Assembly: GCF_018977255.1 (NCBI RefSeq)
Contig: NW_024704742.1
Coordinates: forward strand, 66,280,001-66,344,000
Source: Callorhinchus milii
Taxonomy: Eukaryota
DNA: 64,000 nucleotides
Direction of reading: 5' to 3'
Shown here: positions 38,423 through 49,385 of the stretch, piece after piece
Layout of the letters: every line of letters begins with the position of its first letter
How positions within the stretch are numbered: position 1 is the stretch's first letter
The notes under the pieces: generated by a model
Database searches by the model: none
Seen by the model: only the letters and a program-made list of their open reading frames with translations
What the model was told of the DNA's origin: nothing
Position numbers and translations under genes: made by a program

Positions 38423-38533
38423 TTTCACAACACCAGAGAGTGAGGGTCCAGTCTCCAGATGTTCCTCTGGTGACTGGGGATCTGCAGTTGAAGAAGAGGA
38501 AACGCGACAGACCATTTATCAGGATTTAAAAAG
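38423..38533 (+). CDS. SLBP: SLBP exon 3
   Basis: Contains the SFTTP phosphodegron and the DWGSAVEEE translation-activation (SLIP1-binding) motif. Phase 2-2. Confidence 0.95.
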
Positions 38534-38742
38534 GTTTGTATACTTACTACTTTTGGAAGAAAGTATATTTTTAAATAAAGTGAACTCAGGTATATCAAAA
38601 GAATAATTGAGGGGGTGGTTAAGATTCTGTATTGGGGTGCTATATGCTTTTTTAAATCTGTCTTGGCCCCTGATTTTATCATGACTGCATTAGTATAATT
38701 TTCTATGTGTTGGATTAATGGACTGTTTTTAATCTGTTTAAG

Positions 38743-38805
38743 ATATAGAAGAAGGCTGTTGCTAAATGACTTCAATGAACAGGAAAAGGATTGCTCTTCT
38801 GAAAG
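38743..38805 (+). CDS. SLBP: SLBP exon 4
   Basis: RYRRRLLLNDFNEQEKDCSSE versus human RYKRKLLINDF (RxL cyclin-binding region). 63 nt, phase 2-2. Confidence 0.93.
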
Positions 38806-39805
38806 GTATTTACTTATGTGCCTGTTGCTCCAGTGTTGTGATTGTTAGTCCTAAAATAGCACTCTGTTAGACAGAGTAATCTTAAATCATTGTAAGGCAT
38901 TGAGTGGAGACCGTTTAATGGGCTGTAGGTTGCTTGTTGCCAGACCAACGTCATGATAGTATTTAAAACAATGTTTTTTGGCTCTTGGGGTATGTTTTGC
39001 CTACAAAATATACAGTCAATTCACTTTACAGTATATTCTGTGAAGTGCTTTAAGATCTCTTGAAGACGTGATAAGACACTATATCAAATGTAAGGATTAT
39101 TATTATTGCATGTCTGTCCCATTTTTCTCCCTAGAAATGCAAAGAGCCCTGTGACTTACCCCTAACATAAAAGAACCAGTTGTGGAAAGACTCTTGTACT
39201 AGTTTAAACAGGGTGGCTGTGCAGCCTTTGCAGTGATAGGATCCTAGAGAATGAGTTCCTGGATATAAATGCTTCATTAGGGATGATTTTTTCTTTGTCT
39301 AAAACAGAACTCTTTAAGAATCTGCTCTGTTAGATGGGTTTTTAGTTGCCCTCCACTTCTCCAAGTAGAATAAATAAAGCTGCTGCAAATTCAAGCAGTG
39401 CAATGAGATGGTATTGTGGAATACAACAACCACAAGATTACATTTGTATAGCGCCTTTCACAACGGGAGGATGTCCCAAGGGGCTGAATAGGCCCGTTGA
39501 GCCTGTTCTAATACTTGTCTCCATCTCTTAATACTCTTCTTTCCCATGCTCTGGGGCAGTGTTTTCATATCTTATGTGAAAACATATTTTCTAGTTTAAC
39601 TCTAACTCAATTTTATTTCAATTATACCCCAGTGAAGTGGCGTTTCGAATAGCTTTTATTGGTAACTGTAGTGAGAGCATATTGCGTAATTAATAAACAA
39701 ACTGGTTATTCCTTTTGGAGTTTTTTCCTATTTCCCAAATCCCAGCCAATTACAAGAGTTTGGGGAGCAGTAACTACTGAATGTGTAATAATTGACTTCT
39801 TTCAG

Positions 39806-39940
39806 TTCCAGTTGCTCCAGGGAATCATTGGTATCTTCAGAACTTGAAACTGATGAAGTAGTGCTAATGAGAAGACAGAAGCAGATCAACTATGGGAAGA
39901 ATACAATTGCATATGATCGATTCACACGAGAAGTTCCAAA
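39806..39940 (+). CDS. SLBP: SLBP exon 5 (RNA-binding domain, first half)
   Basis: [31 protein letters not shown], with canonical splice sites. Confidence 0.97.
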
Positions 39941-40504
39941 GTAAGGCTGCAATTATAATAAGTTCTTGCTGAGTTCTGGTTTGAATCCACAATGTGTGCC
40001 TAAGCTTTTGTCATTGGAGGGGATCTTAACCTATGGCTGTTTGGTTAGTTCAGTACCGATTGTTAATTGTTGGGTCTCTATTCACTTATATAATATGATA
40101 ACATGAAGGAAAGGGATTCTTGGTAGACTATATACACATCTGAGAAGTTCTTGTTAACCTGTTCCTTCACCTTCATGAAGTGACTAATCAAACTTAGTGA
40201 ACATGGGTGAAATCTGTTTCAACAAAGGTGTTCTTGGTCAGGAACTATATTCCATATACGGTAAAGTTGCAAAATTGAGCCATATAAATTAGTTTGTTGG
40301 CATTTGCTTCCTGTTAAACCATCATCAAATCTGGCTGTTAAACAACAGTCCAAGTGTCATCTGTTACTAATGGATTAAGTGAATTAGATTACCGTCTTGT
40401 TAATTAATTAAATGTTATTCTTTAATCATGGATTTCCAGCTTCAACTCGTCACTGATACTACAAATGAAAATGAGTTAGACGTATTTGTGCAATTTTCTT
40501 ACAG

Positions 40505-40651
40505 GCACCTTCGGAAGCCAGGTGTTCATCCAAGAACTCCCAACAAGTTTAAGAAGTTCAGTCGTAGGTCCTGGGACCAGCAGATTAGGTTGTGGAGGAT
40601 TTCACTGCATGACTGGGATCCACCAGCAGAAGGAAGTGATTTACAGGCAAT
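40505..40651 (+). CDS. SLBP: SLBP exon 6 (RNA-binding domain, second half)
   Basis: [40 protein letters not shown], including the TPNK motif. Confidence 0.97.
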
Positions 40652-40872
40652 GTATGTGTATTGTTTAAGTATTTGCTGATACTAAAATGATCTAGCTTGC
40701 AGGTTGTAGTTTGTGGTATTGATGTCTGCATAAGGATGGAATTTGAGAATGTGGATTGAGTTGTTCCATTGAGCTGCTAGTATCACTTAGATTATATTTA
40801 ATCTATTAATCTGTAATAATAGATCTATTAATCTATTAATTGATCTATTAATCTATTAGATTATATTTAATT

Positions 40873-41189
40873 GTGGAGTCCTGTAGCTCAGTGGTTAGAG
40901 CACTCGCTTTGCAAGTGAGAGACCTGAGTTCAATTCCAGGCAGAGGGCGAAACCTTGGGCAAGTTTCCTTACTCCACACAGAGCCTAATAATAATCCCTC
41001 CAAAACCAAAAACAATAATAAATTGGTCATTTTCAATCTACGACTGTTTGTGGGACATTGCTGTGCGCAATTGGCTGCCGCGTTCGCCCACAAATATACA
41101 GTCAATTCACTTTACAGTGTGTTCTGTGAAGCACTTTGGGGCGTCCTCCCGACGTGAAAAGCGCTATATCAAATGCAAGGATTATTATT
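40873..41189 (+). mobile_element. tRNA-derived SINE, young subfamily
   Basis: Near-identical to the copies at 14527, 53431 and 60997. Confidence 0.9.
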
Positions 41190-42131
41190 TAAAATGCTGC
41201 ACTTGTTGTTTCTGCCATTGTTATACTGCATGGTTCTGTATGCCATTGGTTCCCTAACTGGGATCCATGAGATGGTTTTGGGGGGTCCGCATAGGACTTG
41301 TTGCGACCTTCTGCGCTGCTTCAGACCTGCTCTGCCTCTCTCATCCTGTTGTTTCTCATGCTGCCTTGTTGAGCTCTGATCTACCAGGAGATCCTTACAG
41401 TCATTTCTCAGCCCAAAGCCAGGCTCACAGTAACTAGCAGTGCAGTTTGTGCAGTGAGAAGTTGTGCTCCATGCATGTTCTCAGGCTGTACAATATCATC
41501 GAATCCCTGGGAAACAGCACCAGTCTGTACTGGGGCCATGAGGACTAGTGCCTTTTTCAGCCACTACGCCCCGAAACTCAGCATCCCTCAGTCTTGCCCA
41601 TTCTTCCCCATATTCAGATCACACCCGAAGACCTTCCTCTATGCCAACTCTACAATCACCACTCCCTGGCTCTGCGTTGTGCTCTGCCATTGTCAAACGC
41701 TCTGGGGTGCTACTCTGCGTAAGGTGCATGAACATGCAAGTTGTTTTTCTTGCCCTCTCAACGACCATGTCTCACTGCCCCTGCAGGAAACCCATGCAGC
41801 GGCACAGCCTTAGTGGGGGTCTTCGTCAGGATACGTAATGATTGTAGGGGCCCTGAGCCCAGAAAGTTTGGGGACTCCTGGTGTATCGATAGTTAACAAT
41901 AAAGCAGTGTGTAGGTATTAAGAAAGGTTCCTAGGTTGGCGATGGCTTGATCTTCTCTTAGACGTTTCTTTTTCTAGCTACGAGTTAGGTAGAGGCAGAG
42001 GTGGGGAGTTCCAGGTGTTGGGTTCATAGTATCTATTTGAATGCATATATACCATTGCTGGTGTAGAGAGGGTGGGGGACCCGCAGCTGTGATCTACAGT
42101 ATGCACTTCGTAGCTTAACTTGTCGCTGCCA

Positions 42132-42260
42132 AGCAACAGGCATATAAGCAAATACCTTTCAGAAGAGCAATCCTTTTTCTGGTCATTGAAGTCATTTAGC
42201 AACAGCCTTCTATATCTTAAACAGATTAAAAACAATCAATTAAACCAACACACACAAAAT
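42132..42260 (-). repeat. Inverted duplicate of SLBP exon 4 plus flanking intron (source 38698-38829)
   Basis: By hand, the reverse complement aligns with 9 substitutions and one 3-nt gap over 132 nt. The exon-equivalent part is 42156-42215, with AG and GT retained. Confidence 0.95.
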
Positions 42261-42387
42261 CATTGTGTTGTCAATATCCCACCAGCATTTATTTATGCGT
42301 TTGTACATCTGCCTGATTTGCCATTCTTGGTAACTCATCACTGAGCCCTTTTCCTTTGGAGTGATGCGTTATCAGGAGTTTAATGTA

Positions 42388-42562
42388 CAGTAAAACTTGC
42401 ATAAGTCTGATTTGTTTAAATTGTGTAGTTGCCTAAATTGTACATCTACCCAAGTCATGTTCTCAAGAGTTTATATTCTATGCAAATTTGACATAACTCT
42501 TATCTTGCATGAGTCGTATTACATGTATTGTCCCAGCTGTTATATTTATGTGAGATTGACTG
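42388..42562. mobile_element. Tc1/pogo-like MITE
   Basis: TA|CAGTAAAACTTGCATAA ... TTATGTGAGATTGACTG|TA imperfect terminal inverted repeats. Confidence 0.6.
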
Positions 42563-42948
42563 TAGTAAGCATTTTGGGTGAGAACAACAATGGGTCCCAA
42601 AGCCTTGGATGTTTCCAACCTGTGCCTAATATTTACTGTAATTAAGGGAACTGGATACGTCCGTCCTGAGAGAGAGTGCATACCGTTCCAACTATTTGTC
42701 TCGGATTTCTGTGTGTAGGTGGGATGCATGGAAATCTCAGCTTGGTTTGGATACTCTTAAGCACGGTGATGGATTTCCATATGTGTCAAGACACCCAGGT
42801 GACCAAAAAAATTAGGAAGATGAGAAAAGATTATTTGACCTATGAAGCTCATCTCTCTACTTGTGTTTCAGTAGTGTTTTATATCCTTCTGTTTTACAAC
42901 AAATGCTGTTTTAAGTAAAACTTTGATCTTGATTTATCTGTACTCTAG

Positions 42949-43066
42949 CACAACGCTTGATCTCGATGATGTAATGGAAACTGAGTCTGTAAATGGCTCC
43001 GGTGAAAGTGGAATAAGTTCCCTTGGTGGGAGAGGATGCACTCCAAACAACATGCCATCCTCTCAG
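42949..43066 (+). CDS. SLBP: SLBP exon 7
   Basis: ctctag| acceptor and CAG|gtatg donor. Phase 2-0, acidic and Ser-rich: ITTLDLDDVMETES...PSSQ. Confidence 0.8.
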
Positions 43067-43210
43067 GTATGCTTCTTATAATTAACCCCAAGTGCACTGA
43101 GTGAGTCGTTTTTATCTCATTTGTTATTTTTGGTACCTTTGGGGAAGTGAGATGAATACTCTTATTTAATGAAAGAAAATATTGTCCAAAGATAAATGAT
43201 CCTTGATGTA

Positions 43211-43611
43211 CAGTAAACTAACTAACTCGACCCTGGCTTAACTTGTCACTATGGTTTAGCTAGTCATGCCGTCAATATCCAGGCTGCTGCCCATGCAAAA
43301 TTTTAATAAAGGACGTAACTTTACTCGTCACTCCACTTAACATGCAACTTGTCACGTTGTAGATATTCTTGTAACTGCTTAAAATGCAAAATTGATTGGA
43401 CAACTTGTCCTATAAGACAGTGTTTTGTATCACAGAGGCCACCTGCCTGGTCATGTGACTGTAGTGGGCCCTCAGCAGAGGCATGCTGCCCGAGTAGAAG
43501 AATGGCGCCTGGTAGCATAAGGTGACGAAATATGGCCAATTCATCATCACATTGGATAATTCATCACTGGGCCCTTTTCCCTTGGAATGATAAGTTGCCT
43601 AGAGTTCACTG
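43211..43611. mobile_element. Tc1/pogo-like MITE relic (related relic at 42097-42385)
   Basis: TA|CAGTAAACT ... AGTTCACTG|TA ends with repeated taactcgtcac-like subterminal motifs. Both ends are shared with 42097-42385. Confidence 0.55.
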
Positions 43612-44293
43612 TAGTTCCTTCCTAGGAGGATCCCTTGAGCATTTCACAGGATTCAGTGTAAAGTGTAGTGACTCTGAACTTGTAGGTGAATAAAGTAGCC
43701 AATTTACACACAGTAGTCTCACAATAAGCAAGGAAATATATTACTAATTTCAATTTTGTATCACTGGATATAATTAGCGGTAAAGTGGAAACTCGCCAAG
43801 AGCACGCCACTAAATATGGTGAACTTGCTCATATGGCTACTTTTTGGAATCTTCATTTTTCAACACTATAACGCAGTGGAAATTCCAGTTAGTTAACTAA
43901 TGAGATTCTACTGGACATAGGTCTTAATTTATCACTTGTTGCATCAGAGCAGCTTACTTTTGATTTCCCCTTAAAAATGACGGACATCCAAGTTGTCTGG
44001 TTGCTGCTGTCATTTTATGCATAGGAAGCTGTTACTTACTGTGTACTGCACTCTTAAGGAAGTGCCATTAATGTCACTTTGTGAAGGAAGTGATTGATGT
44101 GCATTGCGCTTTCTGTGCATGTGCAGGAAGTGATATTGGTGACCACCTGGAATTGGCCTTTTTTTACCACAGGAAGCCACAGTGCAACATGCCGGAACTT
44201 TCCATATTGTAATTGACAGATTTGTGATTTCATGTGTATATCCTGAGTTCTCCAGATATGTACTTATAGAACATTTCTTTTTTTAATATATAG

Positions 44294-44413
44294 GTCTCTT
44301 CCTCAACTACTCCAATGAAGCCCAAAGAGTTTACATCTTTTGATGAAAGGAATGAATTTAATTTGCAGGACTGTTTGGCTGACACAGATGAAGTTGATTC
44401 TTTGTTGAGCTAG
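44294..44413 (+). CDS. SLBP: SLBP exon 8 (terminal), stop TAG
   Basis: VSSSTTPMK...NEFNLQDCLADTDEVDSLLS* versus human TPTK...DEFDLEACL. Total CDS 900 nt = 299 aa plus stop. Confidence 0.88.
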   Translation, partial: VSSSTTPMKPKEFTSFDERNEFNLQDCLADTDEVDSLLS

Positions 44414-44766
44414 TCACTAAAAAAAGCTTGCTGTTTTTTATGAATATTTTGATATTGTTAAATAATTACTCTTTGTGTTATCTTCATATAAAAGGAGCTT
44501 GTGATTTTCTAAGATTGAATTCTGCTTTTTTTAAACTCCCATGTGGGGTCAAATCTTTGGCATTATTAGACTTCAGATGGACTCCCCTGTATGTTCAGAA
44601 CTGCTGGTTTTCTGTTTACAACAATTGCAAGGTGAACAAATCCTTGTTAAGGGGTGACTTCCAGCAACAAGATTGCATAAAGTGTCTTAGTTTTAGTCAT
44701 TTGACTCATGGATGCAATGAGCTTATTTTTTTCAAAATAAATGACATTACATAAATGTAATGTGAG

Positions 44767-44978
44767 AATAAAGGTCGAAGCAAATAGAAAAGTTCTCCTT
44801 ATGGAATTCAAGATTTTTTAATTTTGGATGTAATGTGACTTTAGTCCCTACACTTAGTCATCCTCTAGTTATCACAGGTATTCAAAATTTTTCATTGTTG
44901 AAATAAATTGTTGAATTCTTTATTCAAAAGGTATCCATCCTTTGGTTTTTGTAAAGGTTGCTGAAGCTGTGCAATAAA
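44767..44978 (+). terminator. SLBP: Candidate SLBP polyadenylation signals
   Basis: AATAAA at 44767, 44902 and 44973, in unique AT-rich sequence after the stop codon and before repeats resume. Confidence 0.55.
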
Positions 44979-45539
44979 GTGGATTACAGCTGAACTTGTC
45001 TTTGATTATTCTGTTCCATAAATGATTTTAGATTTGACCATATCAGTTTAGAATGAATAATTCTGTACATGACTGAAAGCATTTGTGAAGAGATAGGTCT
45101 TGAGCAAGCCTTTAAAAGGGGTGAGATGAAGCTTTGATTGTCCACCAATCGTGGGGCAATTTGGCTGTGGGACATAGAGGAGAGCCATTGGAGCTGAGTG
45201 AGGTTGGGTGTGAGGAGAAAGGACATGGGCTCTTGATTCAACGGGGAAAAGCTCGAGTCCAGTGAACAAGGCATTGGGATGTTCAACATTGGCTTTCAAC
45301 TACCTCAAGTTTCTGATTTACCAGTGTGTGCAGCAGAAGGTGTTGATTATTGTGTTTGACAGACAGATTTATTCTGTGGTGGTTACTCCAGCAGATACCA
45401 TTTGCCAGAGTGCTTATTTTTGGTCAGATGGATATTTTGATATGCAGAGACCGTCTCACCACCATAAAAATTTGTTAGGCAAACAAAGCTTCCACCATCC
45501 TGGCAGTTGCTTGACAGGTTGTGTCCCAAACTATACAGT

Positions 45540-45995
45540 ACTGTATCCTGAAATATTTTCTAGCAGAAATCTCTTAATTTGTTCTTGAAACAAACAACAT
45601 TTTCTGCTTCCACCATCTCCTTGGGGAGCCTGTTCCGTAAGTTTACTACTCGCTCACTGAAGCAATGTTTCCGCAGATTTGGTGAATTTACCCCCCACTT
45701 CAATCGTAGGCTGCGTCCTCTGGTTCTATCGTTTAGTACAAGATAAAACAGCTCAGTCCCCATTCACATGAGACACTTCCCCCGTGTGAAGTGTGCTTAT
45801 ATAAATGCAAATTGTTGGACATTGTCTATTCCCTTCAGAATCCTAAAGCCCAGTTTATCTAATCACTCCTTGTAGTCCAGTCCTCCATCCTCTCAAATCA
45901 ATTTGGTTGCCCTCCTCTGTATCCTCTCAATTCCTGCGATATCCTTTTATATTTTGTGGTGACCAGAAATGTGCACTGTATTCCAAGTGCAGTTA
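45540..45995 (-). mobile_element. CR1-clade LINE 3' fragment
   Basis: RTRGRSLRL...LRKHCFSERVVNLRNRLPKEMVEA matches the CR1 ORF2 C-terminal motif. Confidence 0.75.
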
Positions 45996-46384
45996 AGAGT
46001 ATTAGCCAATAAATTTTGATCCTGATGATATTTCTGGGAATAGTAGAATGGCGGATACTATTAAATCTTTGCTTTTGGTATAGCTTCTTTCATGTCGGGA
46101 GGATGTCTCAAAGTGCTTCACAGGATTTAATGTAAGTAAATATTTGTGGGTGAACGAGGCAGCCAAGTTACATGCAGCAATGTCCTACAAACAACCATTG
46201 AAGTGTGACCAATTTTATTTGAGGGTTTGTTGGCCAGGAGATGGGACCTTGGCTTAGAATCTCATCTGAAAGAAGACCCTCCAACAATGCAACACAACTG
46301 TAGCACTGCAATAGTGTCAGCATAGACGAGATGAGTTTGAGTCCTGACGTGGGATATGAACCAACAACCTTTTGATTCTCTTTC

Positions 46385-46770
46385 AAATTTATAGAGCGCT
46401 TTTCATGTCGGGAAGACGTCCCGAGGCGCTGAACAGTCAGGTGTTAGGGCCTGAGCATGGGGGTGTGGTGGTGTCGGGGCGAGGGAAGGCAGAGGTGGGA
46501 GGGCGACCAAAGGCACGATCGAAGAGAAGGGTCTTGAGACCGGCCTTGAAGGAGGCAAGAAAGGAAGCGAGGCGAAAGGACCGTGGGATGGAGTTCCAGA
46601 GTGTGGGGGCAGAGAGGCTGAAAGCCCGGCCACCGATGGTAGGATGGGTTGGGCGGGAGACATGGAGCAGGCCAGAGCCCGCTGAACGGAGGGAGTGGGC
46701 AGGTTGGTAGGGAGTCAGCAGGTCAGAGAGGTAGGAGGGGGCAAGGCCATGGATGGTGTTGAAAGTGAGA
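46385..46770 (-). mobile_element. L2-clade LINE 3' fragment
   Basis: HGLAPSYLSDLLTPYQPAHSLRSAGSGLL...GGRAFS...PTLWNSIP...FKAGLKT on the minus strand. Confidence 0.85.
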
Positions 46771-47282
46771 GCCACACTGCTCATGAAAGATGAGTAATAA
46801 TAATAATCCTTGCTTCCCAAAATGTGGTAAAGTGAATTTACTACATTTTATAATAATATTGTGGGTGAAACAAGTCAAAAAGGAAAGCCCAGAAATTTAT
46901 GTACTTACACACAGAATGAAAATCCAGGCTAAGTGTTCTGAAGTAAAAATATACCTCAGGGTTAAGGTCATTTTGAACCATACCCTTGATCCCTCAAGCT
47001 ACAACCTTACAAATTTTGTACATTGTCCTACAATGTCATTAGAAGATTGTTGGTTCTAGAATCAACTGCTCATATACATTTTGCCCATGTATTTTTTAAA
47101 TGCTTAAGTGGTGTGTTGAGCAATATTCTGCTTCTGTATGTGATACAGCAAATCATGATTACTTGTGATGGTGGTAATGGATTTTATACATGTGAGGTCT
47201 AAATATTGTAAGGATGATATTGACTCACTATGTGGCCAGATTCACAGTTCTGCAGCATTACAGACTTCAAAACCCTCATCCC

Positions 47283-47638
47283 TGGAGTCCTGTAGCTCAG
47301 TGACTAGAGCACTCTCCTTGCAAGCGATAAGACCTGGATTTGATTCCTGGGCAGGTGAAACGTTGGGCAAGTTTTATTACTCCACACGCCTGTTTACCTA
47401 GCAGTAAGTAGGAACTCGGTTGTTAATAGACTGGCGGATCACTTTTTCGGGATAATAACCCCTCAAAAAATAATTGGTCGCTCAATCCACGACTGTTTGT
47501 GGGACACTATTGTACACAATTGGCTGCCGCGTTTCACCCCCAATACAGTCAATTCACTTTACAGTATATTCTGTGAAGTGCTTTGAGATGTTTCAAAGAT
47601 TTAAGATGCTATATCAAATTCAAGGATCATTGTTATTG
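47283..47638 (+). mobile_element. tRNA-derived SINE (long type)
   Basis: Head, internal ctgtttacctagcagtaagtaggaac segment and tail are all present. Confidence 0.85.
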
Positions 47639-47762
47639 AATTGTAGGTGCCTTCGGTCACCCTCTTTCCCCTATCTTCCACCCCTCCTGATCCCAACTCC
47701 CCGCTCGGGTCCAAGTCCCTGACTGTCCAGTGCCTCCGCCCGATGTGCAATGTAATTTGTTG

Positions 47763-48020
47763 TAGAAACGCAAGTGGCCGGGAACACTCAGCAGGTCTGG
47801 CGGCATCCGTGCGGAGGAAAGTGAGTTAATGTTTCAGGTCTATGATCGTTCGTCAGCATTTTCAGCTCATCAATCACAAATGCAAGGATTATTATTATCA
47901 TCATCGACCTGACACGTTCTCGTTTGGCCTCTCCATAGATGCTGCCTGACCTGCTGCGTGTTCCCAGCGAGACTCCTGTTTTTAGGTCAGAGTTCCAGCA
48001 GCAGCAGTATTTTGCCGTTG
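47763..48020. mobile_element. Inverted Penelope-type terminal repeat pair
   Basis: Same family as 37161-37637 and 30562-30663; arms inverted around a short SINE-tail insert. Confidence 0.7.
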
Positions 48021-48059
48021 TGTCATTTGTTTTGTTTTGTTGTTGTTGATTAATCCTTA

Positions 48060-48720
48060 ACATGTTGGTACAAGCGCCTCCCCCCCCCCTCAGGAGGCTG
48101 TGGGCCGCCCAAGAGCTCAATGGCGGCCGCTCTTAGCGACGCGGGCGCCCGGTTGCTATGGGGCCGGCGACCAATGGGAGGACGCGTTGCTGGTCTCGGC
48201 GCGCGCGCGCGGCGCGCGCGCTTCCTGCCGTCGCCAACGGTCGCGGCGCGAGGCCGGCGGTTGGAGTCCGTCGGCCGTTGTTTCCGAGAAGCCGAGCGGC
48301 CACCGACACAGCGATACCGACCGACCGACCCGGGAGGGGGGGGGAGAGGAGGAGGAGGAGGTGAGTGAGTGAGTGAGTGAATAAATGTGGGAGGAAGGGG
48401 AGGGTGCGTTTGAAGTAATGATAAGCCCCTGTTTCCCGGCTCTGGGCCTTGTACAGCGGCGCTTAGCAACCACCACCAGCCCTGCCTCCTGCCGTCTCCC
48501 TCCGCGCGCGCGCGCGTGTGTGTGTGTGTGTGTGAAACATAAAGACCCTTTGCTGTTTTACTATTATATTATTGGCTCTTTATAACTCTCCCTCCCATTT
48601 CCTCCTCTCCCCCTCTCGCTCTCCAGATCCGCCGTGTGCCACCGACAGTGGGAGGGAGGGAGGGAGGGGGGGGGGCGCGGCTGCGTCCTTCCTTACCCTG
48701 GTTACAAACAGTCGACATTT
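48060..48720. promoter_or_regulatory. CCDC142: CpG island / promoter and probable non-coding first exon of CCDC142 (donor GAG|gtgagt at 48360)
   Basis: CpG-dense block, CCAAT at 48171, YY1-like AATGGCGG near 48119, X-box-like half-sites, and a strong donor site. Confidence 0.7.
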
Positions 48721-48932
48721 TGGGTATCTGGCCACGGTTTATCGAAATAAGTTCAACTGAGTAAATGCAACCGCCTGGGACCTTCACCAGTCCAAATGGG
48801 ACTGATTTGCACCTACACACCGATGAAGCTGCCCCCCACCCACCCACCCCGACTGAGCCACACTGATCATATCCCCCCCCCCCCCCCACGTTTCCCCTAT
48901 AGCCCTGAGCCACATTGATGTTAAACAGCTTA

Positions 48933-49385
48933 TAATAATAATAATAATAATAACCCTTGCATTTGATACAGCGCCTTTCACGTCGGGAGGATGCCCCAAC
49001 GCTTGTTGGTTTGCCGGATTTTTGGTAACAACAATAATCCTTGCGTGTGGCGACGCCACTTTATCACGCTGTCGAGGCATCTCAAAACGCTTCTCAGAAT
49101 ATATTGTAAAGTGCGGTGACTGTGTACTTTGTGGGCAAAACGCGGCAGCTAATTGCGCTCAGCGGTGTCCCACAAACAGTCGCGGATTGAGTGACCAAAT
49201 TCTTCTTATTTTATTTATTTATTTTTTGGAGGGATTGTTAGCCCCATGAAAGAGATCCGCCAATCAACTAACAGCCTTACTGTCGAGTAAGGAGACTTGC
49301 CTAAGGTTTCGCCCTGCCCAGGGATCGAACCTGGGTCCTCTCACTCGCGAGCCGAGCGCTCTAACCAATACGCTACAGGACTCCA
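48933..49385 (-). mobile_element. tRNA-derived SINE with an additional SINE/L2 tail
   Basis: Minus-strand head at about 49300-49385 and two tails. Confidence 0.75.

Noticed and set aside
40873..40950. tRNA-Ala(TGC)-like sequence (also at 2479, 14527, 53431 and 60997)
   Set aside because: The acceptor and T stems are imperfect, and each copy continues into the same SINE body and (att)n tail. These are SINE heads, not tRNA genes.
41978..42235. Minus-strand ORF with RYRRLLLNDF suggesting a second SLBP gene
   Set aside because: Only exon 4 and its flanks are duplicated; no other SLBP exons are seen on the minus strand.
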